Positions 47,655 to 58,017 of a DNA stretch of 64,000 nt are shown piece by piece. The translations under genes were made by a program, and so were the position numbers. The notes under the pieces are model-generated. The model saw only the letters and a program-made list of their open reading frames with translations, made no database searches and was not told the origin of the DNA. The stretch is from the sequence record LR588166.1. One strand, 5' to 3'. The first letter of the stretch is position 1, and each line of letters opens with the position of its first letter.

Positions 47655-47939
47655 ATATAATTGTCAATTATATGTCGTACGCATCTACCCCGAAAAGGGG
47701 TAGATGTTTATGACTTTCGTTTACACTCATGTCATAATCAGTACACGCCATTTTAGGCCATTCTACATCAATACACTGCTTCTAGCAGTGTATTGGACAT
47801 ACAAAATAATCTTAAATTATATCAAATTTGTTTAATTACTTTAATTTTGTTACTTTAGTAATTTGTATTTTGTTTATATGAGTTGTAGTTTACGAAAACG
47901 AATATAAACAAAATACATATGTGAACTGTAGTTCACATA
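47655..47939. repeat. cluster of perfect inverted repeats
   Basis: Stems of 8, 10, 12, 16 and 9 bp. Confidence 0.85.
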
Positions 47940-48091
47940 CTTACTAACGTTGTATATTACGGTAATTCTATAAAATATCTCTATATAATTATAAACGTTT
48001 TATGGCATACTACGACTGAACGAAATTGAAAATTAACTAGAGATTTAATTAGATAAATAATATTGTAAAAATTGTATAGAGGTATACATCA

Positions 48092-48544
48092 ATGAACGAT
48101 TACACACATTACACAGAGGAAGATTTCATATTTTTAGCATATGATTTAAATACTCAGCTTATAAATGATGGATATCCTGACGCTGCTGTAAAATTTATTA
48201 CTAATCAGTTTATTTTAGAGCATAGACATCCTGACGAAATAAAACGTTGTATAGGATGTAATTCTAAAATGTACGAAGATGTTATTGCTACTAAGAGAAA
48301 TTTATCTGGTAAATCGCATTGCAGACATTGCGAATCGAAACTTAGTATGTATAAGGAAGTTGTTAAGGAAGTAGCAAATACAACACAAATACTTCGCATA
48401 CCAGAAAAACATTTAAATTCAGTTAAACGATTAATTAGAATATATAATGAGCAAAACAAAACTAGTGCATATCAGAGTATATTAGTTAAAACAAAGAAAC
48501 TTAACACAGGAGTTTCTAAAAAGTCAAAAAGAAAGGGACGTTAA
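48092..48544 (+). CDS. hypothetical protein with CxxC...CxxC zinc ribbon
   Basis: AGAGGT RBS; GATAAATA at 48052; CIGC and CRHC. Confidence 0.75.
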   Translation: MNDYTHYTEEDFIFLAYDLNTQLINDGYPDAAVKFITNQFILEHRHPDEIKRCIGCNSKMYEDVIATKRNLSGKSHCRHCESKLSMYKEVVKEVANTTQILRIPEKHLNSVKRLIRIYNEQNKTSAYQSILVKTKKLNTGVSKKSKRKGR

Positions 48545-48560
48545 TTGTCCCTTTCTTTTT
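48526..48560. terminator. bidirectional terminator
   Basis: AAAAAGAAAGGGAC-gttaatt-GTCCCTTTCTTTTT. Confidence 0.8.
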
Positions 48561-48786
48561 ATAGGAAGCTTCTACCTGTTTCTGCTTCGATTTTTTGTTT
48601 AATAAATTCTCCTAAACGTACCCGCTCTTGATATGATAAAGACCAAGCAGTGTGCCAGTCAAATCCATTAATTTTATCACATATTTGGACTATTTCGCCT
48701 TCTAATCCCAGTGATTCTTGTTCATATTCTTGTATAACGTTCCTAATATCATCTGGGGTTCCCGATACTAGGATTCTCTGAAAAAA
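48559..48786 (-). CDS. -1 frame extension of the tail chaperone (GT/gp51-like part)
   Basis: 73-codon open frame with no ATG/GTG/TTG, entered at T-TTT-TTC (48786..48780); DWHTAWSLSYQER motif. Confidence 0.7.
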   Translation of the reverse strand, partial: FFQRILVSGTPDDIRNVIQEYEQESLGLEGEIVQICDKINGFDWHTAWSLSYQERVRLGEFIKQKIEAETGRSFL

Positions 48787-49622
48787 CTTACTGGGTTAAA
48801 ATCTACAGGTACTACAAAACTTTTATTACAGTTGTCGCATACTGCATCAAAGTCGCCATTAACTCCTACTTGATTTATTTCTTTTAAAAGACTATCTATT
48901 TTATTAACATCTGCTCTATCTATATTTGCTATAAATTCTTTTATATCAGCCAGTGTCTGAGGAGTATTATTAACTATATCTATACCGTTAGTTTCATCTA
49001 CAATACGAACTATTGTTTTTGCAATTAATTCGAAATTTAATGATGACAGTTCATTTATTGTGTTAGAAAATGCAGAAAGTTTTTCTTCATCTGAATACAT
49101 ATCGCTTTGCATTATTCTAATAAATTTTGCTTGTTCTAATGCAGTTTTTGCAACTGTCATATTATCTGAAAAATCATATGGTCTAATAAATATAGATAGA
49201 CCGTTATCAAGATTCACGACGTATTGATCTTCTAAATAAGTAGACGTATTAATAACATTTAATAAGTCTATTCCATATAAATTTTTATGATTACAATGCG
49301 GGCACGTAGAAGAAATATCTATTGTGTTACCGTATGATGCTGCTTTTATAGCAACACATATCATATGAATGTCATTAATCAAGAGTTTATTTACATCTTT
49401 AATTCCCGGTACACAACTCTTAATTACTTCTTTTAAGCCTTCACCGTTCACTAATGCATCAGGATTTTTTATTAATACTTCATCTTTTCCTGTCATAGCA
49501 TATACCCCTAGTTCTCCAGAATCGGTGTATTCTACAACATTTGATGGATAAAATGAATTTCCGCTGGGCAAACGAATATAAGATTTGAATGTTCTGTAAT
49601 ATTGATGTAATTTGTTGCTCAT
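48768..49622 (-). CDS. baseplate hub/tail assembly chaperone, T4 gp26-like
   Basis: I.LPSG..Y, MT.KDE..IK.PDAL, CP.C and C..C...F.VP..FNP.SFF. Confidence 0.75.
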   Translation of the reverse strand: MSNKLHQYYRTFKSYIRLPSGNSFYPSNVVEYTDSGELGVYAMTGKDEVLIKNPDALVNGEGLKEVIKSCVPGIKDVNKLLINDIHMICVAIKAASYGNTIDISSTCPHCNHKNLYGIDLLNVINTSTYLEDQYVVNLDNGLSIFIRPYDFSDNMTVAKTALEQAKFIRIMQSDMYSDEEKLSAFSNTINELSSLNFELIAKTIVRIVDETNGIDIVNNTPQTLADIKEFIANIDRADVNKIDSLLKEINQVGVNGDFDAVCDNCNKSFVVPVDFNPVSFFRES

Positions 49623-49641
49623 AATGTGTATATGCTCTTTT

Positions 49642-49669
49642 GATAAATATGCTATATACCGTATTTATC
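49642..49669. promoter_or_regulatory. back-to-back late promoter candidates
   Basis: GATAAATA on + (49642..49649) and on - (49662..49669). Confidence 0.65.
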
Positions 49670-49691
49670 ATAGCATTTTATAGAGGTTCTT

Positions 49692-52088
49692 GTGGCAGAA
49701 GATATTAGAATTGTTGGCGTTGATCCTAGTGTCCCAGGCTGGGCTAGAGAAGAAACTCTTAATAAAATAGTATCTGAGTTAAAAAAACTCAATGGATCTA
49801 ATACAAGAGAAAACGACGAACTAAAAGATGCAGTAGATGAACTAGTTAGGGTAACCCGTAGATCTAACGAAGATACATCTAGAACAGATAATAACACTGA
49901 AATAAAAGAAGCATTAAATAGATTATCTTCTTCGTTAAAACAACAGAAAAAATCTGATAATTCTTTATCTGCAAAGCAAGGGGGAAACAAACCTCCCGTA
50001 TTGCCGCCTGACAATAAGAAATCTAAATTAGATACAGATACTATAGGCGCATTTATTACTGCCGTCGGTACTGCTTCAAAGGCAGTAGCAAAATTTACTT
50101 TAAGTATGGCATCTTTTGCAGTTGGCGGAAGTATATATGCTGCATTAAAGCAAGCTGCATCGTCGCAACTTACTTTATCTAGAGATTTATATAAATCAGG
50201 TTGGAACTTCGGAACGGTATTAGACGATGCATCTGGTATTATTAAATCTACCAACTTAGACGGTATTTCGTATGCCATAAAAGGTTTAGGTATAAATTCA
50301 TCTGCACTATCTGAAGTATTAAAAGGCAATGAATTAGCAATACAAAAATACGGAATAAAATCGTTTGTAGATTTGTCTTCTAGCTTAAAAAGACAAGGCA
50401 ATAGCTTAGGTATGTCTTTAAAAGAAACAGCAGATTATGTAGGAGAATATTTAGAATCTCAACGTTTAATGGGTACATTTGATAAAATGCGCCAAGTAAA
50501 CATGACTGCCCTTGCATCTAAAGCACTTAAAGATACCCAAGCATTTGCTACTGCATTAAGAATGTCTACAGAAGACCTTCAGGCAAAAATGAATGAAAGT
50601 TTAAAAGATGTAGACTTTCGTGTAGCAATAGAATCAGTTAACGCAAATTCTAAAGAAGCCGCCGCCCAAATTTATGCCGCTTTGCCGGAACAATTGCAAA
50701 CTATGTTTAAGGTAGCTCTTAAAGATACTCCGTCTTTTATGGCATCCAAAGAATACGCCGATTTAATAAAATCCGGGCAAGGAGAATTAGCTAGACAAAT
50801 AATTGCAGTATCATCTGGACTGAAATCTGGTAATATAACTAACGGTCAGGCAGATGATGCAATGAAACGACTTATAAAATCTACTAGTTTTGCAGAAAGT
50901 ACAATGCGTAGACTTGCTATGCTAGATGCTCGTGGACTAATAGATAGTAATGTTGCTGCTGCTGCGTATGGATTAAAAGACCTTAGAGATAAAATGGATG
51001 GTCATTATGAAGGAATCCAAAATACAGAAGCTACAAATTTAGCAAAAGTTGAAGATGTAAGAAATAGAGCATTAGCTGTATTAGATACGTTTGTATCATC
51101 TATAATGAGGGCAGGATTCGAATCTGATGAATTTGCTAAATTATTAGATAATGCAAATGAAATGTTAAAAACAATTCATAATACAGCAGAAGACTTAGGT
51201 AAACAATTAGGTCCGGAATTATTTAAATTTGTTAACAATGCTATGGAATATCTAAATGGTTTATTTAGTAAAGATGTAGCAGGAAATATAAATGTAAATT
51301 ATTCTAAAATAATAGGAGATATTTTAACAAGTTCCGGTGCTGCTATAGTAGTTGGCGTTCTTGCTATTATGACTACATTTAAAGGTGTTGTTATTTCTTC
51401 GTTATCGTCGTGGCTTAAAGGTGCATCAGGACCTATGTCATCATTAGGTGGCACCGTAAAAACTATAGCAGGAAGATTAGGGGCATTTGCAGCACTAGCA
51501 GTATCGTTTACAAATGGAATAGGTAGATTAAGTCAATCAATTTCGGAAGGCGGCGATGCAATAGAATCTGCATTGAATTTTTTATCGGGCGCCGGCGAAG
51601 GTATAATAGATCCTGTGTTTAAATCCCTTACATGGGCAGCTAACAAATTAGGTATAGTATCTGATGAAGCAGCAGATGGATTTAGTAAATACATCAGTGA
51701 TACTAATTTGCAACAGTTCTTGGGTCTACAAGATATACCTATAAAAGTAGAAACTACTAATAAACCTGCATATACACCGCCTGGACCTACTGCTACTAAA
51801 ACATCTGCATACGGTAAAATAGAAACTCCGAAAGCTCCTGCTATAATTCCTACAGCTCAGCCAGATGTAGCAGACGCAGCAAAACAAAGTCCTACTCCTG
51901 TAGATCCTACTAGCAATATAAAGCCTATAGAAAATACAGGAATGAGTTCTCAAGACATGCTAAATAGAAGTACAGATAAACTTATACGTTTACAAGAAGA
52001 ACAAATACGACAGTTACAAGAGCTTGTAGATATTCAGCGCAGAGCATTAGCTGCTACTAGAGAAACTGGATTTACAAGAACTAGGTAA
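49692..52088 (+). CDS. putative tape measure protein (798 aa)
   Basis: Long helical Ala/Gly-rich protein next to the chaperone and portal. Confidence 0.6.
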   Translation: MAEDIRIVGVDPSVPGWAREETLNKIVSELKKLNGSNTRENDELKDAVDELVRVTRRSNEDTSRTDNNTEIKEALNRLSSSLKQQKKSDNSLSAKQGGNKPPVLPPDNKKSKLDTDTIGAFITAVGTASKAVAKFTLSMASFAVGGSIYAALKQAASSQLTLSRDLYKSGWNFGTVLDDASGIIKSTNLDGISYAIKGLGINSSALSEVLKGNELAIQKYGIKSFVDLSSSLKRQGNSLGMSLKETADYVGEYLESQRLMGTFDKMRQVNMTALASKALKDTQAFATALRMSTEDLQAKMNESLKDVDFRVAIESVNANSKEAAAQIYAALPEQLQTMFKVALKDTPSFMASKEYADLIKSGQGELARQIIAVSSGLKSGNITNGQADDAMKRLIKSTSFAESTMRRLAMLDARGLIDSNVAAAAYGLKDLRDKMDGHYEGIQNTEATNLAKVEDVRNRALAVLDTFVSSIMRAGFESDEFAKLLDNANEMLKTIHNTAEDLGKQLGPELFKFVNNAMEYLNGLFSKDVAGNINVNYSKIIGDILTSSGAAIVVGVLAIMTTFKGVVISSLSSWLKGASGPMSSLGGTVKTIAGRLGAFAALAVSFTNGIGRLSQSISEGGDAIESALNFLSGAGEGIIDPVFKSLTWAANKLGIVSDEAADGFSKYISDTNLQQFLGLQDIPIKVETTNKPAYTPPGPTATKTSAYGKIETPKAPAIIPTAQPDVADAAKQSPTPVDPTSNIKPIENTGMSSQDMLNRSTDKLIRLQEEQIRQLQELVDIQRRALAATRETGFTRTR

Positions 52089-52117
52089 TAAACACAATAT
52101 ATATTGAGATAGAGTAC

Positions 52118-53833
52118 ATGTCTAGTTGGAAAAAACATTTTAAGCCTGCATCAAATTCAGCGCTGCCTATACAAACTAAAAATACATCTGGTTATGCTTC
52201 TGCTGTTTCAAAATATAACACATGGCTTCCTGAAGTTTATATGGGTCCGCCTAACAGATTGGAGCGGTACATTCAGTATGAACAAATGGATCTAGATCAC
52301 GAAGTAAACACTGCATTAGATACTATAGCAGAGTTTTCCACACAACCGGACGGTGTAACCGGGTTGCCATTAAATATAAAATTTACAGAAGAACCTACTG
52401 AAACAGAATTAAAAATTTTAACAAAAAGCTTAAAAAGATGGATACATCTTAATAAGTTTGAAGATAGGCTTTTCGGTATTTTTAGATCTACAATAATGTA
52501 TGGAGATCAATTCTTTATAAGAGATCCAGAAACTTACGAATTATATTGGGTAGACCCGCACAAAGTAGAAAAAATAATTGTTAACGAAAGTAAAGGAAAA
52601 GAAATAGAGACCTATTTCATTAAAGATGTCGATTTAAATACTGCAGAGTTAGTAGGATCTAATGTAACTAATAAAATACAAATAGGATACGGAAACACAG
52701 CATCTGCTTTCCCCCAAGCAACTATGGGAATAAATCCTGCAGGACCATACGCATCTGCAAATAATCCTAGTCAGAATGGCTCATTAGCTAACAGCGAAGC
52801 TATGCCGATAAATGCAAAGCATATAGTTCATTTTTCTATGACGGAAGGTATGAATTCTGCGTGGCCGTTTGGTACTAGTGAATTAGAGACTATATTTAAA
52901 GTATATAAGCAAAAAGAAATGCTTGAAGATGCAATGCTTATATATAGAATTCATCGCGCACCAGAAAGACGTGTGTTTATTATTGACACAGGTAACTTAC
53001 CTCCTAACAAAGCTCAGCAAGTGTTAGAGCGCGTTAAATATGAAGTACAACAAAAAAGGATTCCTAATAAAACCGGCGGCGGAAGTAATATTCTAGACTC
53101 GTCATATAACCCTCTTTCTACTCTTGAAGATTATTATTTTGCTCAGTCAGCAGACGGCAGAGGATCGAAAGTAGATGTTTTACCAGGAGGTTCTAATCTA
53201 GGCGAAATAGATGATATGCGTTATTTTAATAATAAAATGATGCGTGCGTTAGGAGTTCCTAGTTCATATCTACCTACAGGACCCGATGATGGTACAGCAG
53301 GGTATAATGACGGAAGAGTAGGAACTGCATATATACAAGAATTTAGATTTAGTGAAAGATGCAAAAGACATCAACGCCAGATAGTAAAAACATTAGATAA
53401 AGAATTTAAACTATATCTTAAGTTTAGTGGCATTACTATAGACAATAGTATATTTAATATAACATTTGTAGAGCCACAAAATTTTGCTAAATATCGACAA
53501 ATAGATATGGATTCTGCTCAAGTTGCAGTTTTTAATGGAATTGCTGATGTCCCCTACATAAGTAAGCGGTTTGCATTAAAACGTTATTTAGGTTGGGGAG
53601 AAGCTGAAATTCTAGAAAACGAAAAAATGTATGCAGAAGAACAGAGTCTTAAAAACAAACGTGGTAAAAAAGCTGATGCTGGTATGAGACAAGTGGGTAT
53701 TTCGCCGGCTGCGCTAGCTGGTGTTGGGGAGTTTGATACTAGTGCAGTTAGTGATAGTTCTGACTTTAGTGATGACGATATAGTCGATGATATTGATTTA
53801 GATCAAACAGTAGAAGACTTTGGGAAAGAATAA
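52118..53833 (+). CDS. gp20: portal vertex protein
   Basis: EDAMLIYRI.RAPERRVF.ID.GN.P..KA..; EDY.F....GRGS.V..LPGG.NLGE..D. Confidence 0.95.
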   Translation: MSSWKKHFKPASNSALPIQTKNTSGYASAVSKYNTWLPEVYMGPPNRLERYIQYEQMDLDHEVNTALDTIAEFSTQPDGVTGLPLNIKFTEEPTETELKILTKSLKRWIHLNKFEDRLFGIFRSTIMYGDQFFIRDPETYELYWVDPHKVEKIIVNESKGKEIETYFIKDVDLNTAELVGSNVTNKIQIGYGNTASAFPQATMGINPAGPYASANNPSQNGSLANSEAMPINAKHIVHFSMTEGMNSAWPFGTSELETIFKVYKQKEMLEDAMLIYRIHRAPERRVFIIDTGNLPPNKAQQVLERVKYEVQQKRIPNKTGGGSNILDSSYNPLSTLEDYYFAQSADGRGSKVDVLPGGSNLGEIDDMRYFNNKMMRALGVPSSYLPTGPDDGTAGYNDGRVGTAYIQEFRFSERCKRHQRQIVKTLDKEFKLYLKFSGITIDNSIFNITFVEPQNFAKYRQIDMDSAQVAVFNGIADVPYISKRFALKRYLGWGEAEILENEKMYAEEQSLKNKRGKKADAGMRQVGISPAALAGVGEFDTSAVSDSSDFSDDDIVDDIDLDQTVEDFGKE

Positions 53834-54054
53834 TGAAAATAAACGATATTATAACAGAAGGTTATTATAATCCTGCAGACGATTCTAGTGCAATTGCACA
53901 TAAGTCAGACACACGTAGACCTAGACTAACATTTTCTCATTTAAATAAGCTTAGAAAAATGAGAGAATTGCGTAAAGTAGAAACAGAAGAACATTTAGTG
54001 TTAGTTAGACAAATGTATAGCCAGCCGACACAATCGGACGATGCATTTGGATAA
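53833..54054 (+). CDS. small head-associated protein (gp67/68-like position)
   Basis: Coupled to the portal; RRPRLT...LNKLRKMR. Confidence 0.7.
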   Translation: MKINDIITEGYYNPADDSSAIAHKSDTRRPRLTFSHLNKLRKMRELRKVETEEHLVLVRQMYSQPTQSDDAFG

Positions 54055-54120
54055 AATTTCTAAAAATGTTAGTTTTTGGGGCATAAATGCCCCTTTTTTA
54101 ATATTAAGTGTAAATACCGA

Positions 54121-54128
54121 TATAAATA
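54121..54128 (+). promoter_or_regulatory. T4-type late promoter TATAAATA
   Basis: Exact T4 late consensus upstream of the prohead core operon; terminator 54078..54099 precedes it. Confidence 0.75.
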
Positions 54129-54159
54129 ATATACAACGTTTTCCTAAAGGAGTAAAAAC

Positions 54160-54972
54160 ATGTCTCATCGTAAGGAACTAGAAAAAGTTCTAGATCTTCT
54201 ACTAAATGAAAATGCAGAACAAGCTTCGGCATTATTACATCAAATTGTTGTAGCTAAAGCTCGTGATATTTACGAACAAGAATCTGCAGATTTTGAAGAA
54301 GATTTTGTAAATGAAGAAGTAGGTGGCGACAGCCGCGAATCGTTTATCGACGACATTAAATCTGACGAAGAAGAAATCGATGCAGATGAAATGTTTGATG
54401 ATCAGTCTAGCGAATTAAATTCTGAAGATGAAGAAGAAGCTGATGTTGATCAAGATATAGAAGATAAAGTAGAAGATCTAGAAGCTCAGTTAGCTGCATT
54501 AAAAGCAGAATTTGAAACTCTAGTAAGTCAAGAAGAAGATGAACCGTATCATCCTAATTTAGAACAAGATTTAGATGATGCTGCCGCTGATGCCCTAGAA
54601 AAATTTGAAAGTTTAGAAGAAGCAACTAAGTTTAGTGATTCTGTAAACGTAGATATGAAACAAGAAGGTAAATTAGCAGGAACAGGTAATAAAAGTAAAA
54701 CTGGTTCTGTAGATAAAGAATCACCTTTTAGCAAACCTACTCAAAAGAAAAATTACGGAGTAGATCCTGTTAAATTTGCTAAATCTACTAATCAAGGCGC
54801 TGAAGCTTCAAAGAAAGCAGACGAATCGTGTGATTTGAATACAGAAGCTACTCCTGAAAAAGTTAGCGATCCTGCAATGAAACAAGAAGGTAAATTAGCA
54901 GGAACAGGTAATAAAAGTAAAACTGGTTCTGTAGATAAAGAATCACCCCTATCTAAAGCACCTAAGAAGTAA
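54160..54972 (+). CDS. acidic prohead core protein with an internal duplicated motif
   Basis: AAGGAG RBS; D/E-rich; identical 71-bp repeats at 54655..54725 and 54877..54947. Confidence 0.8.
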   Translation: MSHRKELEKVLDLLLNENAEQASALLHQIVVAKARDIYEQESADFEEDFVNEEVGGDSRESFIDDIKSDEEEIDADEMFDDQSSELNSEDEEEADVDQDIEDKVEDLEAQLAALKAEFETLVSQEEDEPYHPNLEQDLDDAAADALEKFESLEEATKFSDSVNVDMKQEGKLAGTGNKSKTGSVDKESPFSKPTQKKNYGVDPVKFAKSTNQGAEASKKADESCDLNTEATPEKVSDPAMKQEGKLAGTGNKSKTGSVDKESPLSKAPKK

Positions 54973-54990
54973 TTTAGGATAAGTATAAGT

Positions 54991-55623
54991 ATGGCTAGGC
55001 AGCTTTACGAATATATGTCCCAATCTAAGGGATCGATAATAATAGAACACGGCACCGGACCTGACGGTGCCCGTGATCTATTTATGCGCGGAATATTTAT
55101 TCAAGGTGATGTAAAAAATCATAATCAGCGCATCTATCCCCTACATGAAATATCTCATGCAGTTGAATCAGTAAAAGCAAAAATACAGGAAGGGTTTTCT
55201 GTTTTAGGAGAACTCGATCATCCAGAAGAATTAACTATTAATTTAGACAGAGTGTCTCATATAATCACAGAAATGTGGATGGAAGGCAACTGCGGCTACG
55301 GCAAATTAAAATTATTAGATACTCCTACTGGAATTATTGCTAAAAGCTTATTAACTGCCGGAGCCAAATTGGGCGTAAGTTCTCGCGGCTCAGGTAATGT
55401 AGGTTATGACGGTGTAGTGAGCGACTTTGATATTGTAACAGTTGACATTGTTGCACAACCGAGCGCGCCTAATGCATATCCTAAACCTATATATGAAAGT
55501 TTATACAACATGAAAGGCGGCGAAATCATTATGGATTTAGCCCGTAACACACCACAGGATCCTAGTGCAGATAAATATCTCAGTAGGGAAATAATAAAAC
55601 TTATATCCGAATTGAAAAAATAG
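54991..55623 (+). CDS. gp21: prohead protease
   Basis: GIFIQGDVKN.NQR.YP, GELDHP, GVSSRG.G, DIVA.PSAP.A. Confidence 0.95.
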   Translation: MARQLYEYMSQSKGSIIIEHGTGPDGARDLFMRGIFIQGDVKNHNQRIYPLHEISHAVESVKAKIQEGFSVLGELDHPEELTINLDRVSHIITEMWMEGNCGYGKLKLLDTPTGIIAKSLLTAGAKLGVSSRGSGNVGYDGVVSDFDIVTVDIVAQPSAPNAYPKPIYESLYNMKGGEIIMDLARNTPQDPSADKYLSREIIKLISELKK

Positions 55624-55635
55624 TAGGAGATTTAA

Positions 55636-56742
55636 ATGACAGTGAAGTTCGAACATATCCTAAACGAACAAACTTCTTTAAGTGCAGAAGTAAAATCTGC
55701 TATTACAGAAGCATGGGAAGCTCGTATAGGACAAGTAAAAGAAGAACTCACTGCTGAGCTTCGTGAAGAATTTGCTCGTAAGTTTGCACACGACAAAGAA
55801 CAACTTGTCGAAGCAATGGACAAATTCTTAGAAGAAAAAATCCGCAGTGAAATCGAAGAATTTGCTCAAGACAAACGAGAACTAGCTGCCGAACGAGTTC
55901 AAGCTAAAATGCAAGTAAAAGAACATATCGAAATGCTCGATAAGTTCTTAATAGATGCAGTTTCTAAAGAAGTCAAAGAACTTCGTGAAGATCGCCGTGC
56001 AATTAAAGGCAATCTAGAGAAACTAGAAGAGTTTGCACTCACTAATCTTGCAACCGAAGTTAAAGAGCTTCGGGAAGAAAAGCAAGCATTAGTTCGTCAG
56101 AAAGTTAAATTAATTAGTGAAGCAAAAAAACAATTAGCAGAAACTAAAAAGCAGTTCATAAAGAAAGCGTCGCAAATAGTAGACACAAACATTAATAGCG
56201 TATTGCAAGAAGAAATAAAGCAATATAAAGAAGATATTGATGCTGCTCGTCGAAATGACTTTGGACGTCGTTTATTTGAAGCTTTTGCTGCAGAGTACAT
56301 GACTTCGCATCTAAACGAAGGTAGTGAACTTAAGAAACTCAAAAATATTCTTATACAAAAAGAAGAAGCCCTTAATGAAGCTTTATCTCATGTAGAAGAA
56401 CGTGAAGCACTTGCAGAAAATCTACGCACTCGCATTTCTGTATTAGAAGAGCGTGTTAAACGTAGCTCTGTAATGTCTGAATTGTTAGCTCCGCTAAATA
56501 AAGAAAAGCGTAGTGTAATGCAAGATCTTTTAGAGTCTGTAAAAACAGAACATTTAAAAGTTGCATATAACAAATATTTGCCAGCAGTGCTAGATTGTAG
56601 TGCAGCACCGGCAAGTAAAAAAGAAGCTCTAACTGAGTCAGCAAGAGCTGTAAAAACTGGTAACAGGGCGTCTAGCGTTGCCCAGCAAGATGACTCATCT
56701 GTAGGCGTTGATGAATTAAGACGCCTAGCAGGCATTAAGTAA
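55636..56742 (+). CDS. gp22: prohead scaffold protein
   Basis: Coiled-coil, E/K-rich; between the protease and capsid genes. Confidence 0.85.
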   Translation: MTVKFEHILNEQTSLSAEVKSAITEAWEARIGQVKEELTAELREEFARKFAHDKEQLVEAMDKFLEEKIRSEIEEFAQDKRELAAERVQAKMQVKEHIEMLDKFLIDAVSKEVKELREDRRAIKGNLEKLEEFALTNLATEVKELREEKQALVRQKVKLISEAKKQLAETKKQFIKKASQIVDTNINSVLQEEIKQYKEDIDAARRNDFGRRLFEAFAAEYMTSHLNEGSELKKLKNILIQKEEALNEALSHVEEREALAENLRTRISVLEERVKRSSVMSELLAPLNKEKRSVMQDLLESVKTEHLKVAYNKYLPAVLDCSAAPASKKEALTESARAVKTGNRASSVAQQDDSSVGVDELRRLAGIK

Positions 56743-56761
56743 TTAGGAGAATAACTTAAAA

Positions 56762-57949
56762 ATGTCTAATCGTCTATTTGAAAGCAACTGGGCTGCTACT
56801 AAAAGCGCCCTCACTGAAGGTCTAAAAGGTCAACGTAAGTCGACCATGGACGCAGTAATGGAAAACACTAAGCGTTTCTTAGTTGAAAATGCTTCCGCCG
56901 GTGCTACCCAAGCCGGTAACATAGCTACTATCAACAAAGTGATGCTACCCCTAATCCGTCGTGTTATGCCTTCCGTTATTGCTAACGAAATTATGGGTGT
57001 ACAGCCTATGACTGGTCCCGTAGGTCAGATACATACCCTACGTGTTCGTTATGCTGATACTGCATCTGGTGTTCAAGCTGGTACTGAAGCACTAAGCCCG
57101 TTCGATATTGCAAAAGCATATTCCGGTAACGAAGCTTTAAACAGCAGCACTAACCCAGTTCCAGGCGCTGCCAACACTTCTCGTATGGAAGGTTTTGCTG
57201 GTAATCGCATGAACATTCAAATTCTAAAAGAAACCGTAGAAGCACGTACTCGTCGTCTAAGCGCTCGCTGGACCTTCGAATCTGCACAGGATGCTAACGC
57301 TCTTCACGGTATAGATATAGAAGCTGAAATCATGCAAGCTTTAGCTCAAGAAATTACCGTCGAAATCGACCAAGAAATGCTAAATCGTCTACGTATTTTA
57401 GCTGGTCCGGCTCCTGTAACTTATAACCAAGCTGCTGTATCTGGTACTGCTACTTATGTAGGTGATGAACATGCTGCATTGGCTGTAATGATCAACCAAC
57501 AGGCTAACTTAGTTGCTGCTCGTACTCGTCGCGGCGCTGCTAACTGGGCTGTTATTTCGCCTAATGCACTAACTGTTCTACAGTCTGCAACTACTTCGAC
57601 TTTTGCTCGTACTACTGAAGGTGTATTTGAAGCGCCTACTAACGTTAAATTTGCAGGTACCTTAAACGGAACTATGCGCATTTATGTAGATACTTATGCT
57701 GCTGAAGATGAAAAAGTTTTAATCGGTTATAAAGGTTCGACCGAAACTGATGCTGCTGCATTCTTCTGCCCGTATATTCCGTTAATGAGCACTGGTCCGG
57801 TAATTGATCCTACTACTTTCGAGCCTGTAGTATCATTTATGTCCAGATACGGTTACTTAGAACTCACCAATACTGCTAACTCGCTGGGTAACGGTGCTGA
57901 CTATCTAAGTTCGATTGCTATAGATGCATCCACTCTTAAATTCTTCTAA
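56762..57949 (+). CDS. gp23: major capsid protein
   Basis: PL.RR..P..IA..I.GVQPMTGP.G, EA..R.L.ARWT.E.AQD, EI..EID. Confidence 0.97.
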   Translation: MSNRLFESNWAATKSALTEGLKGQRKSTMDAVMENTKRFLVENASAGATQAGNIATINKVMLPLIRRVMPSVIANEIMGVQPMTGPVGQIHTLRVRYADTASGVQAGTEALSPFDIAKAYSGNEALNSSTNPVPGAANTSRMEGFAGNRMNIQILKETVEARTRRLSARWTFESAQDANALHGIDIEAEIMQALAQEITVEIDQEMLNRLRILAGPAPVTYNQAAVSGTATYVGDEHAALAVMINQQANLVAARTRRGAANWAVISPNALTVLQSATTSTFARTTEGVFEAPTNVKFAGTLNGTMRIYVDTYAAEDEKVLIGYKGSTETDAAAFFCPYIPLMSTGPVIDPTTFEPVVSFMSRYGYLELTNTANSLGNGADYLSSIAIDASTLKFF

Positions 57950-57984
57950 TAATAACAAGTTATACTTGTTATTCGAAGAATACC

Positions 57985-58017
57985 AAAAAAAGTGTAGTAG
58001 AAATACTACACTTTTTT
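57985..58017. terminator. terminator after the capsid gene
   Basis: AAAAAAGTGTAGTA-gaaa-TACTACACTTTTTT. Confidence 0.85.
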
